Assembly (NCBI RefSeq): GCF_000195955.2
Contig: NC_000962.3
Span: 1,920,001-1,952,000 of the forward strand
From: Mycobacterium tuberculosis H37Rv
GTDB lineage: Bacteria; Actinomycetota; Actinomycetes; Mycobacteriales; Mycobacteriaceae
Reading direction: 5' to 3'
DNA length: 32,000 nucleotides
Positions 12,694-23,575 of this stretch are shown one piece after another. The position numbers were made by a program, and so were the translations under genes. The notes under the pieces are model-generated. The model ran no database searches, was not told the origin of the DNA, and saw only the letters and a list, made by a program, of their open reading frames with translations. Within the stretch, counting starts at the first letter, position 1; every line of letters starts with the position of its first letter.

Positions 12694-13878
12694 CTATCCG
12701 ACGTTCGGCCGGTCAGCCATCACGGTGAGTCGTCTTCCATATCGGCGTCCCATATGGGCGGCGCGACTCCTGCCCGGAGTCGGTGCCCCCCGGAGTAGGA
12801 CCGATGTTTCAGCCGCCTCGGCGGCGCTGCGAATACCGGGAATCGATCGCGCGACGGTTTGCGCCTGGGGCGTGGCGGGCGGTGCGGACCAGCCCGGCGG
12901 CACCGACATCGGTCCGATCTTGGCGGCCAGAGTCGCGCTCGCCGCCACCGGTCCAGCTCCCAGCTGCGACCACGCCGACCATCCAGCGGCTCCACCCGCG
13001 CCGGCCGCTGCCTCGGCCGCACCGGCTTCTGCCAATGCGGTGCTCCACAACATCCCGCCGACGAACTGCAGAGCATTCAGCGTTAACCCACCGCTGTCGT
13101 AAATGAACCCTTCGGCAGTGGCGAGGGCGCCCAGGAACATCATCCAGTATTTCTGTATGTCGCTCCATGGAATCGCCGCGGCCCAGCTGTGCTGCCCCCG
13201 CAGCGCGGCCACCGCTGTTGCGTGGCCGACGAGGCCGGTCGCGTTGGTGGTTTGCGGCGGTGGTGCGAACGGAGTCAAAACCGTGGCGGGTGCCGCGGCG
13301 CTGGCATAGCCGTACATCGCGGCGGCGTCTTGGGCCCACATCTCGGCGTATTGGGACTCGGTGGTGGCGATCGCCGGCGTGTTTTGCCCGAACCAGTTGG
13401 TATCGACGAGCGTCATCAACAAGGTCCGGTTGGCCGCGATCGCCGGCGGGGGCACCGTCATGGCGAAGGCGGCTTCAAAGGCCGCTGCGGCCGCCCTAGC
13501 CTGCATCGCGGCCTGTTCGGCTAGCGTCGCGGTGGTACTCAGCCAGCCGACAAAGGGCAGGACGGCGGCCACCATCGAATCCGATGCCGGCCCCGACCAC
13601 CACCGCATGTTTGTCAGCTCCGAGATCGCCGCACCGTAGCCAGTCGCTGCCGACGACAACTCTGCGGCCAGCCCGTCCCAGGCCGCCGCGGCAGCCATCA
13701 GTGGCCCGGATCCCGGACCGCTATACATACGACCCGAATTGATCTCGGGAGGTAACGCCCCAAAGTTGGACAGGGAATGCCCGGCGATGCCGTCAGCAAC
13801 GGCGGTGACCCCAACAAGGCAGCAGGCGACGCTGCCCGGGGGGACATGCCCCTGGTTGACCGGGACATCGAGGGTCAT
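12694..13878 (-). CDS. PPE23: PPE family protein (SVP subfamily) with a 38-aa N-terminal extension
   Basis: 394 aa. '[16 protein letters not shown]' begins at residue 37, after '[36 protein letters not shown]'. '[18 protein letters not shown]' is present, with the C-terminal motif '[11 protein letters not shown]'. It lies 39 nt upstream of PPE22. Confidence 0.88.
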   Translation of the reverse strand: MTLDVPVNQGHVPPGSVACCLVGVTAVADGIAGHSLSNFGALPPEINSGRMYSGPGSGPLMAAAAAWDGLAAELSSAATGYGAAISELTNMRWWSGPASDSMVAAVLPFVGWLSTTATLAEQAAMQARAAAAAFEAAFAMTVPPPAIAANRTLLMTLVDTNWFGQNTPAIATTESQYAEMWAQDAAAMYGYASAAAPATVLTPFAPPPQTTNATGLVGHATAVAALRGQHSWAAAIPWSDIQKYWMMFLGALATAEGFIYDSGGLTLNALQFVGGMLWSTALAEAGAAEAAAGAGGAAGWSAWSQLGAGPVAASATLAAKIGPMSVPPGWSAPPATPQAQTVARSIPGIRSAAEAAETSVLLRGAPTPGRSRAAHMGRRYGRRLTVMADRPNVG

Positions 13879-14020
13879 CGAAAACCGCCTCGTTATGGGT
13901 GGGCTGGCTCGACACCGTCGTCGATACGATAGCTATGACTAGGGCAACAGTGACCTAGCACGTTAATCTCCATAAGAGATCTTCTGCGAAAAAGGTTTCG
14001 GCCGTGTGACGCGCGTGTTA

Positions 14021-14040
14021 ATACCCCATAGGGGTATAAT
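14021..14040 (+). promoter_or_regulatory. CsoR/RicR-type palindromic operator (ATACCCC-ATA-GGGGTAT) overlapping a perfect -10 hexamer TATAAT
   Basis: Perfect 7-bp inverted arms at 14021-14027 and 14031-14037. TATAAT at 14035-14040 shares 3 nt with the right arm. The site is embedded in a locally AT-rich stretch and fits the TACCC-N5-GGGTA pattern. Confidence 0.6.
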
Positions 14041-14123
14041 CGTTACTGTTGGCAACGTCTGGCGTCCTGGCTCGGGCGACACACCGTCCCGATACATGTC
14101 AGCAACCGGGTCGATCGTGGTGA

Positions 14124-14309
14124 ATGCACAGGCGGGCAAGGCGAATGCCGATGCGACCCCGACGAAGTAAGAGGGTACGTAATCGATACACCATGGGGAC
14201 ATTTGCCCTCCATGGCCTCACCCATCGCCTACCGTCGGCCTCGTTGCAGACGACGGCTGCCCGCCACCCGGATGTGACGCAATTCTCAATGCCTGGGCAC
14301 TACCGATAA
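14124..14309 (+). CDS. Candidate small ORF downstream of the operator/promoter (61 aa; an internal ATG at 14193 gives 38 aa)
   Basis: This is the only + strand ORF of 60 aa or more in the gap. The C-terminal 38 aa 'MGTFALHGLTHRLPSASLQTTAARHPDVTQFSMPGHYR' have GC3 of about 71% by my count and are His/Met-rich. The N-terminal third is Arg-rich and may not be translated. I saw no convincing SD. Confidence 0.25.
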   Translation: MHRRARRMPMRPRRSKRVRNRYTMGTFALHGLTHRLPSASLQTTAARHPDVTQFSMPGHYR

Positions 14310-14481
14310 CGCCGACCTGCCGCAGCTCGCGCATGTGGACGCTGAAAGCCCGGAAGGAGCACACCGGCATATCCGGCAAGCCCACCGCACGGACCGATCG
14401 CCATGGCTCTACTCGGTCCGGAGATTCTGAGCTACAAGCTAGTGCGCGGCGTTTTTCTCGATTGCCGGATCGCTGTGGCGC

Positions 14482-14776
14482 TCAGGGCGTTACGTGAAAG
14501 GTTCGGCAGCGGTGCTGCCCAGCCTGGCCGGTGGCGAACACGGTCAACATGGTGAGGCCCTGCGGCACCCGAAATGCGGTGAGCAGAACGACGTTTGGTG
14601 CCATCGCGGATAGCAGCCAGCCAAGCTTGAACGCTGCGAGCGAGCCCATGTAGAGCGTTTGGTACCAAACCGATCGGTGGGCCAACTTGCCATGGGCTCA
14701 CAGCGGCTATCGCGAGCGTGTAGCCGATCATCGTCCAGGCGACGGTGGCCTGAGCGGCAGGGGTTGCCTTATTCAT
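14482..14776 (-). pseudogene. Frameshifted N-terminal remnant of an MFS (EmrB/QacA-like) transporter
   Basis: One frame gives 'QATVAWTMIGYTLAIAAVSP', resembling the 'WV..aYtLa.Aa' segment. A second frame continues 'HGKLAHRSVWYQTLYMGSLAAFKLGWLLSAMAPNVVLLTAFRVPQGLTMLTVFATGQA', resembling 'GkLaDr.Gr...f..gs.l.a.Apn...Li..R.lQG.g.a'. The frame switch falls near 14690-14700. The fragment stops after about 100 aa, and the rest of the gene is absent. Confidence 0.5.
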
Positions 14777-14881
14777 CCTCTTGCGGCATGGTTGCCGCAG
14801 GGAGTGCCGGTAAGTCTGGTCGGCAACCTGGCCCGCTGCGGGTTGGGTTCGGATTCGCTCGGCTAGTAAGGTGCTCGCCTG

Positions 14882-16342
14882 GTGTTACAACGAATCGCTA
14901 GAGAGCTCTTATCGGGAGTGGCCGTCGCGATCGTTGCGCTGCCGCTGGCGATCGCGTTCGGCATTACCGCCACCGGAACGTCCCAAGGTGCGCTCATCGG
15001 GCTCTACGGCGCCATCTTCGCCGGATTCTTCGCGGCCGTGTTCGGTGGGACACCCGGACAGGTGACGGGCCCCACCGGCCCCATCACCGTCGTCGCTACC
15101 GCAACCATCGCCGAACACGGACTCGAGGGTGCCTTCTTCGCGTTTATCCTCGCCGGCGTCTTTCAGATCCTGTTCGGGGCGTGCCGGCTCGGTTCACTCA
15201 TCCGCTACGTGCCCCACCCCGTGATCTCTGGATTCATGGGGGGAATCGCGATCCTCATCATCATGACCCAGCTGGATCAGGTGCGCAGCAGCTCCCTGCT
15301 CGTGTTGGTAACGGTCGTCCTGCTGCTGGCTAGCGGCCGGTTTATCAAAGCGATTCCACCGAGCCTGCTCGTCCTGGTTCTGGTCAGCTCGGTGCTGCCG
15401 CTCGCGGCGCCATGGCTGCGCGACCTGCGCGCTGGGCCGGTCTCGATCAACAGGACGGTCGACTACATCGGCGAGATCCCACAGGCCATGCCGTCTTTCG
15501 ACTTCCCGCAAGTCGCCAATTCGACGATGCTGCAGGTGCTGCTGTCGGCGGTGGCCATCGCGCTGTTGGGATCCCTCGATTCACTGCTGACGTCGCTGGT
15601 CATGGACAACATCAGGGGCACCCGGCACCGGAGCAACAAAGAACTGATCGGCCAGGGGATTGGAAATATCGCCGCCGGGCTCTTCGGCGGGCTGTCCGGT
15701 GCCGGCGCGACCGTCCGATCGGTGGTGAACGTCAGAAATGGTGGTCAGACCGCCCTGTCGGCGGCCACTCACAGTGTCGTTTTGTTCGTTTTCGTTGCCG
15801 GGCTTGGTGCCGTGGTGCAGTACATCCCGCTCGCCGTGCTGTCGGGGATACTGATATTGGTTGCCGTCGGCATGTTCGACTGGCACGCCATGCGCAAAGC
15901 GCATGTGTCACCCAGGGGCGACGTCATCGTCATGTTCACGACGATGATCATCACCGTCGTCGTCGACCTCACCATCGCGGTGATGGTCGGAATCGCCCTC
16001 TCGCTGCTGGTCCATAGGCTCCGATCCCGGCAACGCAAAGCCAAGGTCACCCAGGACGACACCGGCACCTATCGCATCGACGGTCCGTTGTCGTTCCTGT
16101 CCGTCGACGGTGTATTTGGCTCCCTGCGCGACGGTCGTGAGGACGTGTCGCTGGACCTCCAGCACGTCACCTACCTCGACACCTCTGGTGCCCGGGCCCT
16201 GCTGTATTTCATCGACCACTCCGAGAAGGACGGCGTCGCGGTAAGCATCAAGCGGATCCCCCCACGCCTCGAAAGCCAACTCACCGCACTCGCCGACAAC
16301 GAGCAACGTGACAAGCTGAGAACCGTCCTCGAATCCGCCTGA
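14882..16342 (+). CDS. SulP-family anion (sulfate) transporter with C-terminal STAS domain (Rv1707-like)
   Basis: 486 aa with a GTG start. Multiple TM segments, then C-terminal 'YRIDGPLSFLSVDG...LDLQHVTYLDTSGARALLYF', typical of STAS/anti-sigma-antagonist folds. Confidence 0.88.
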   Translation: MLQRIARELLSGVAVAIVALPLAIAFGITATGTSQGALIGLYGAIFAGFFAAVFGGTPGQVTGPTGPITVVATATIAEHGLEGAFFAFILAGVFQILFGACRLGSLIRYVPHPVISGFMGGIAILIIMTQLDQVRSSSLLVLVTVVLLLASGRFIKAIPPSLLVLVLVSSVLPLAAPWLRDLRAGPVSINRTVDYIGEIPQAMPSFDFPQVANSTMLQVLLSAVAIALLGSLDSLLTSLVMDNIRGTRHRSNKELIGQGIGNIAAGLFGGLSGAGATVRSVVNVRNGGQTALSAATHSVVLFVFVAGLGAVVQYIPLAVLSGILILVAVGMFDWHAMRKAHVSPRGDVIVMFTTMIITVVVDLTIAVMVGIALSLLVHRLRSRQRKAKVTQDDTGTYRIDGPLSFLSVDGVFGSLRDGREDVSLDLQHVTYLDTSGARALLYFIDHSEKDGVAVSIKRIPPRLESQLTALADNEQRDKLRTVLESA

Positions 16343-16359
16343 CGCATTGGCTGGTTGAT

Positions 16360-17316
16360 TTGCCTGCGGGTCTCCCGGGCCAGGCGTCGGTAGCCGTTAG
16401 ACTTTCCTGCGATGTCCCCCCTGACGCCCGTCACCACGAGCCACGACCGGGTATGACCGACCACCCCGACACCGGCAACGGGATCGGCCTCACCGGACGG
16501 CCACCACGGGCAATCCCTGACCCCGCGCCGCGCAGCTCGCACGGCCCGGCCAAGGTCATCGCGATGTGCAACCAGAAGGGTGGCGTCGGGAAGACGACGT
16601 CGACGATTAACCTGGGTGCCGCGCTCGGTGAGTATGGCCGGCGGGTGCTGCTGGTGGATATGGATCCGCAAGGAGCGCTGTCCGCGGGCCTGGGCGTGCC
16701 GCACTACGAGCTGGACAAGACCATCCACAACGTGCTGGTGGAGCCCCGGGTGTCGATCGACGACGTGCTGATCCACTCCCGGGTGAAAAACATGGATCTG
16801 GTCCCCAGCAATATCGATCTGTCCGCGGCGGAGATCCAACTGGTCAACGAGGTGGGTCGCGAGCAGACGTTGGCCCGGGCGCTGTACCCGGTGCTGGACC
16901 GCTACGACTATGTGCTGATCGACTGCCAGCCGTCGCTGGGCCTGCTCACCGTCAACGGGCTGGCCTGCACGGACGGCGTGATAATTCCGACCGAGTGCGA
17001 GTTCTTCTCGCTGCGCGGCCTGGCATTGCTCACCGACACCGTCGATAAGGTGCGCGACCGGCTTAATCCGAAGCTGGATATCAGCGGAATCCTGATCACC
17101 CGCTACGATCCGCGGACCGTCAACTCGCGAGAGGTCATGGCCCGTGTCGTGGAACGGTTCGGTGACTTAGTGTTTGACACCGTGATCACCCGCACGGTTC
17201 GTTTCCCGGAGACCAGCGTCGCAGGCGAACCCATTACCACCTGGGCGCCGAAGTCGGCGGGTGCCCTGGCCTACCGTGCGCTGGCTCGCGAGTTGATCGA
17301 CCGATTTGGCATGTGA
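16360..17316 (+). CDS. ParA/Soj-family ATPase (orphan, no adjacent ParB; Rv1708-like)
   Basis: Deviant Walker A 'NQKGGVGKTTSTINLG', 'VLLVDMDPQG' and 'YVLIDCQPSLG'. The TTG start at 16360 gives 318 aa with a ~65-aa non-conserved N-terminal extension. ATG at 16453 is an alternative start. Confidence 0.88.
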   Translation: MPAGLPGQASVAVRLSCDVPPDARHHEPRPGMTDHPDTGNGIGLTGRPPRAIPDPAPRSSHGPAKVIAMCNQKGGVGKTTSTINLGAALGEYGRRVLLVDMDPQGALSAGLGVPHYELDKTIHNVLVEPRVSIDDVLIHSRVKNMDLVPSNIDLSAAEIQLVNEVGREQTLARALYPVLDRYDYVLIDCQPSLGLLTVNGLACTDGVIIPTECEFFSLRGLALLTDTVDKVRDRLNPKLDISGILITRYDPRTVNSREVMARVVERFGDLVFDTVITRTVRFPETSVAGEPITTWAPKSAGALAYRALARELIDRFGM

Positions 17317-18149
17317 ACGGCCTTCAGAACAGCCTGGCGAACGGTGGGACGGCACCCGAGAACGGCTACTCGGCTGGTTTTCGGGTCCGGCTGACCAACT
17401 TCGAGGGCCCGTTCGACCTGCTGCTGCAGCTGATCTTTGCGCACCAACTCGACGTCACCGAAGTGGCGTTGCACCAGGTCACCGACGACTTCATCGCCTA
17501 CACCAAAGCGATCGGCGCTCGGCTGGAACTAGAGGAGACCACAGCGTTCCTGGTGATCGCCGCAACCTTGCTCGATCTCAAAGCAGCCCGGCTCCTGCCA
17601 GCCGGACAGGTCGACGACGAGGAAGACCTCGCGCTTCTGGAGGTACGCGACCTGCTGTTTGCCCGGCTGCTGCAATACCGGGCGTTTAAGCACGTCGCAG
17701 AGATGTTCGCCGAACTGGAGGCCACCGCGCTGCGCAGCTATCCACGGGCGGTGTCGTTGGAGGACGGGTTCGTCGGTCTGCTTCCCGAGGTAATGCTCGG
17801 CGTTGACGCTCACCGGTTCGCCGAAATCGCTGCGATCGCATTAACCCCGCGGCCAGCCCCGACGGTGGCCACCGAGCACCTGCACGAGTTGATGGTCTCG
17901 GTTCCCGAGCAGGCCGAACACTTGCTGGCGATGCTGAAAGCGCGGGGCAGCGGCCAGTGGGCGTCATTTTCGGAGCTGGTCGCCGACTGCACGGCGCCCA
18001 TCGAGATCGTGGGGCGCTTCCTGGCGCTGCTCGAACTGTATCGGACCCGGGCGGTAGCATTCGAGCAGTCAGAGCCGCTTGGCGCGCTCCAGGTTTCGTG
18101 GACCGGTGACGATGCAGAGCGCAGCGATGAGAAGGAGCGGCGCTTGTGA
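17313..18149 (+). CDS. scpA: Segregation and condensation protein A (kleisin)
   Basis: The GTG start overlaps the parA-like stop (GTGA). N-terminal 'FRVRLTNFEGPFDLLLQLI' is the hallmark ScpA motif. The last ~15 codons are encoded by a MIRU-like repeat. Confidence 0.9.
   Translation: MNGLQNSLANGGTAPENGYSAGFRVRLTNFEGPFDLLLQLIFAHQLDVTEVALHQVTDDFIAYTKAIGARLELEETTAFLVIAATLLDLKAARLLPAGQVDDEEDLALLEVRDLLFARLLQYRAFKHVAEMFAELEATALRSYPRAVSLEDGFVGLLPEVMLGVDAHRFAEIAAIALTPRPAPTVATEHLHELMVSVPEQAEHLLAMLKARGSGQWASFSELVADCTAPIEIVGRFLALLELYRTRAVAFEQSEPLGALQVSWTGDDAERSDEKERRL
18102..18149 (+). repeat. MIRU-like 48-nt repeat, copy 1 (forms the scpA 3' end and the scpB start overlap)
   Basis: ACCGGTGACGATGCAGAGCGCAGCGATGAGAAGGAGCGGCGCTTGTGA. 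I counted 39/48 positions identical to 24765-24812. Both copies end in a TGA that overlaps the start codon of the next gene. Confidence 0.6.
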
Positions 18150-18837
18150 CCGAACATATGCCCGAACACGATCCGAGCTATGGCATCCCGGATATCGCTG
18201 AGCCCGCGGAGCTGGATGCCGACGAGCTTAAGCGTGTGCTAGAGGCGCTGCTGTTGGTGATCGACACCCCAGTGACAGCCGACGCGTTGGCCGCGGCCAC
18301 CGAACAGCCGGTCTACCGGGTTGCGGCAAAGCTACAGTTGATGGCCGACGAGCTCACCGGGCGTGACAGCGGCATCGACCTGCGCCACACGAGCGAGGGT
18401 TGGCGGATGTACACCCGCGCCCGATTCGCGCCCTATGTCGAGAAGCTGTTGCTGGACGGCGCGCGAACCAAGCTCACCCGGGCCGCGCTGGAGACCCTGG
18501 CCGTGGTGGCCTACCGCCAGCCGGTCACACGAGCGCGGGTTAGTGCGGTGCGCGGGGTCAACGTGGACGCCGTGATGCGTACGCTGTTGGCCCGCGGCCT
18601 GATCACCGAGGTTGGTACCGACGCCGATACCGGCGCGGTGACGTTCGCCACCACCGAGCTCTTCCTGGAGCGCTTGGGATTGACGTCGCTGTCGGAGCTG
18701 CCCGATATCGCACCGCTGCTTCCCGACGTCGACACAATTGACGACCTGAGCGAATCCCTGGACAGTGAGCCACGTTTCATCAAACTCACCGGTGAGCTGG
18801 CGTCCGAGCAGACGCTGTCGTTCGACGTGGACCGTGA

Positions 18838-18841
<4 letters not shown>
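18146..18841 (+). CDS. scpB: Segregation and condensation protein B
   Basis: The GTG start overlaps the scpA stop (GTGA). Tandem winged-helix ScpB motifs are present: 'LEALLLVIDTPVTADALA' and 'LETLAVVAYRQPVTRARVSAVRGVNVDAVMRTLLARGLI'. Confidence 0.9.
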
Positions 18842-21679
<2,838 letters not shown>

Positions 21680-21715
21680 GCGCACCTCGAACGTGTGACC
21701 CGGGTAACCGGGGAT

Positions 21716-21741
21716 GGACAGCGAGGCCGGTTCTGCTGTCC
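21716..21741 (+). terminator. Candidate tail-less stem-loop terminator after der
   Basis: GGACAGC (21716-21722) and GCTGTCC (21735-21741) form a perfect 7-bp stem around a 12-nt loop. A smaller CCCGG-GTAA-CCGGG hairpin lies at 21699-21712. There is no U-tract, which is common in mycobacteria. Confidence 0.3.
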
Positions 21742-21743
21742 CA

Positions 21744-21769
21744 TAATGCGGCTATGTTCAGCTGCATTA
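21744..21769. promoter_or_regulatory. 26-bp imperfect palindrome TAATGCGGCT-ATGTTC-AGCTGCATTA, candidate operator upstream of the SDR-to-IclR operon
   Basis: The 10-bp arms match at 9/10 positions with a 6-nt spacer. The site is AT-rich relative to its surroundings and lies 14 nt upstream of the -35 hexamer. Confidence 0.45.
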
Positions 21770-21782
21770 CGGGATTTAGGTG

Positions 21783-21811
21783 TTGACACCCGAGCGCTCG
21801 GCGCTTACGCT
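21783..21811 (+). promoter_or_regulatory. SigA-type promoter: -35 TTGACA, 17-nt spacer, -10 TACGCT, with a 12-bp perfect palindrome in the spacer
   Basis: TTGACA at 21783-21788 and TACGCT (TANNNT) at 21806-21811. The spacer contains CCGAGCGCTCGG (21790-21801), which is self-complementary. The site is about 40 nt upstream of the first gene of the operon. Confidence 0.5.
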
Positions 21812-21852
21812 TTCTCGTATAACGGGTGATAAGTACCGTATTGCGGGAGTAG

Positions 21853-22665
21853 GTGGAGGAAATGGCGCTGGCTCAGCAGGTGCCGAACCTGGGTCTGGCG
21901 CGCTTCAGCGTGCAGGACAAGTCGATCCTGATCACCGGCGCGACCGGTTCGTTGGGCCGAGTTGCCGCCCGGGCGCTGGCCGACGCGGGAGCGCGGCTGA
22001 CACTGGCCGGCGGCAACTCGGCCGGTCTGGCCGAGCTGGTCAACGGCGCCGGCATCGACGACGCCGCCGTCGTGACCTGCCGGCCGGACAGCCTGGCCGA
22101 TGCCCAGCAGATGGTCGAGGCGGCACTGGGCCGATATGGCCGTTTGGACGGAGTGTTGGTGGCCTCGGGCAGCAACCATGTGGCGCCCATTACCGAGATG
22201 GCCGTCGAGGACTTCGACGCTGTGATGGACGCGAACGTGCGGGGTGCCTGGCTGGTGTGTCGGGCGGCCGGACGGGTGCTGCTCGAGCAGGGTCAGGGCG
22301 GCAGCGTGGTGCTGGTGTCGTCCGTTCGCGGCGGGTTGGGCAATGCCGCCGGTTACAGCGCGTACTGCCCGTCGAAGGCGGGCACCGATCTGTTGGCCAA
22401 GACATTGGCGGCCGAATGGGGCGGTCACGGCATTCGGGTGAACGCGCTGGCGCCGACGGTGTTTCGGTCCGCGGTGACCGAGTGGATGTTCACCGACGAT
22501 CCGAAGGGCCGGGCCACCCGGGAGGCGATGCTCGCCCGGATCCCGTTGCGCCGCTTCGCCGAACCGGAAGACTTCGTCGGCGCCCTGATCTATCTGCTCA
22601 GCGACGCCTCGAGCTTCTACACCGGCCAGGTGATGTATCTGGACGGCGGGTACACCGCATGCTGA
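21853..22665 (+). CDS. Short-chain dehydrogenase/reductase (Rv1714-like)
   Basis: 'ITGATGSLG' (TGxxxGxG), 'NVRG', and a catalytic 'SSVRG...YCPSKAG' (S...YxxxK). GTG 21853 gives 270 aa; ATG 21862 is an alternative start. Confidence 0.88.
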   Translation: MEEMALAQQVPNLGLARFSVQDKSILITGATGSLGRVAARALADAGARLTLAGGNSAGLAELVNGAGIDDAAVVTCRPDSLADAQQMVEAALGRYGRLDGVLVASGSNHVAPITEMAVEDFDAVMDANVRGAWLVCRAAGRVLLEQGQGGSVVLVSSVRGGLGNAAGYSAYCPSKAGTDLLAKTLAAEWGGHGIRVNALAPTVFRSAVTEWMFTDDPKGRATREAMLARIPLRRFAEPEDFVGALIYLLSDASSFYTGQVMYLDGGYTAC

Positions 22666-23573
22666 CCTCGCACGGGTTCTCCCGTGCCGCCGTCGTGGGT
22701 GCCGGGCTGATGGGCCGGCGCATCGCCGGCGTGCTGGCCTCGGCGGGCCTGGATGTCGCCATCACCGACACCAACGCTGAGATTCTCCACGCCGCAGCGG
22801 TGGAGGCCGCCCGGGTAGCCGGTGCTGGCCGTGGCTCGGTGGCCGCGGCAGCCGACCTAGCCGCGGCGATACCAGACGCCGACCTGGTGATTGAGGCCGT
22901 CGTCGAAAACCTGGCCGTCAAGCAGGAACTCTTCGAACGGCTGGCGACACTCGCGCCCGACGCGGTGCTGGCCACCAACACCTCGGTGCTGCCGATCGGC
23001 GCTGTCACCGAACGGGTCGAGGACGGCAGCCGAGTGATCGGGACACACTTTTGGAACCCGCCGGATCTTATCCCGGTGGTCGAGGTGGTGCCCAGCGCGC
23101 GCACCGCCCCAGATACGGCGGATCGCGTCGTGGCGCTGCTGACCCAAGTCGGCAAGCTGCCGGTGCGGGTCGGGCGCGACGTGCCGGGTTTCATCGGCAA
23201 CCGGCTGCAGCACGCGCTGTGGCGCGAGGCGATCGCGCTGGTCGCCGAGGGTGTCTGCGACCCGAAGACGGTAGATCTCGTGGTACGCAACACCATTGGG
23301 CTGCGACTGGCCACCTTGGGGCCGCTGGAAAACGCCGACTACATCGGGTTGGACCTCACCCTGGCCATCCACGACGCGGTGATCCCGAGCCTCAACCACG
23401 ACCCGCACCCCAGCCCGCTGCTGCGGGAACTGGTCGCCGCCGGGCAACTCGGGGCGCGTACCGGTCACGGCTTTCTGGACTGGCCCGCAGGAGCCCGCGA
23501 GGCCACCACCGCCCGACTTGCCCAGCACATCGCCGCGCAACTCCAAGCCAACGAAAAAGGAAGGGGGACATAG
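22659..23573 (+). CDS. fadB3: 3-hydroxyacyl-CoA dehydrogenase-family NAD(+) oxidoreductase (annotated fadB3 in M. tuberculosis); the substrate may be a free 3-hydroxy acid
   Basis: The ATG at 22659 overlaps the SDR stop (ATGCTGA) and gives 304 aa. Rossmann motif 'AAVVGAGLMGRRIAG', 'NTSVLP', and 'GTHFWNPPDLIPVVEVVP'. The long upstream in-frame extension to 21780 overlaps the SDR gene and is rejected. Confidence 0.85.
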   Translation: MLTSHGFSRAAVVGAGLMGRRIAGVLASAGLDVAITDTNAEILHAAAVEAARVAGAGRGSVAAAADLAAAIPDADLVIEAVVENLAVKQELFERLATLAPDAVLATNTSVLPIGAVTERVEDGSRVIGTHFWNPPDLIPVVEVVPSARTAPDTADRVVALLTQVGKLPVRVGRDVPGFIGNRLQHALWREAIALVAEGVCDPKTVDLVVRNTIGLRLATLGPLENADYIGLDLTLAIHDAVIPSLNHDPHPSPLLRELVAAGQLGARTGHGFLDWPAGAREATTARLAQHIAAQLQANEKGRGT

Positions 23574-23575
23574 CC

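Noticed and set aside
13963-14202. 79-aa minus-strand ORF with a hydrophobic, lipobox-like 'ALPAC' segment
   Set aside because: It would run straight through the palindromic operator/TATAAT at 14021-14040. Its 3' third has low GC3, and Pro at lipobox position -2 is atypical. It is mentioned only as an alternative if the + strand small ORFs prove untranslated.
21780-22658. Long in-frame 5' extensions of real genes in the ORF track: fadB3 to 21780, the hydrolase to 28484, xerD to 5794, the cyclase to 23051, pyrG to 3730 and the Nudix gene to 5441.
   Set aside because: The extensions overlap the upstream gene in another frame and are Arg/Gly-rich. Homology-like sequence begins only at internal starts, which have SD sequences or stop/start overlaps.
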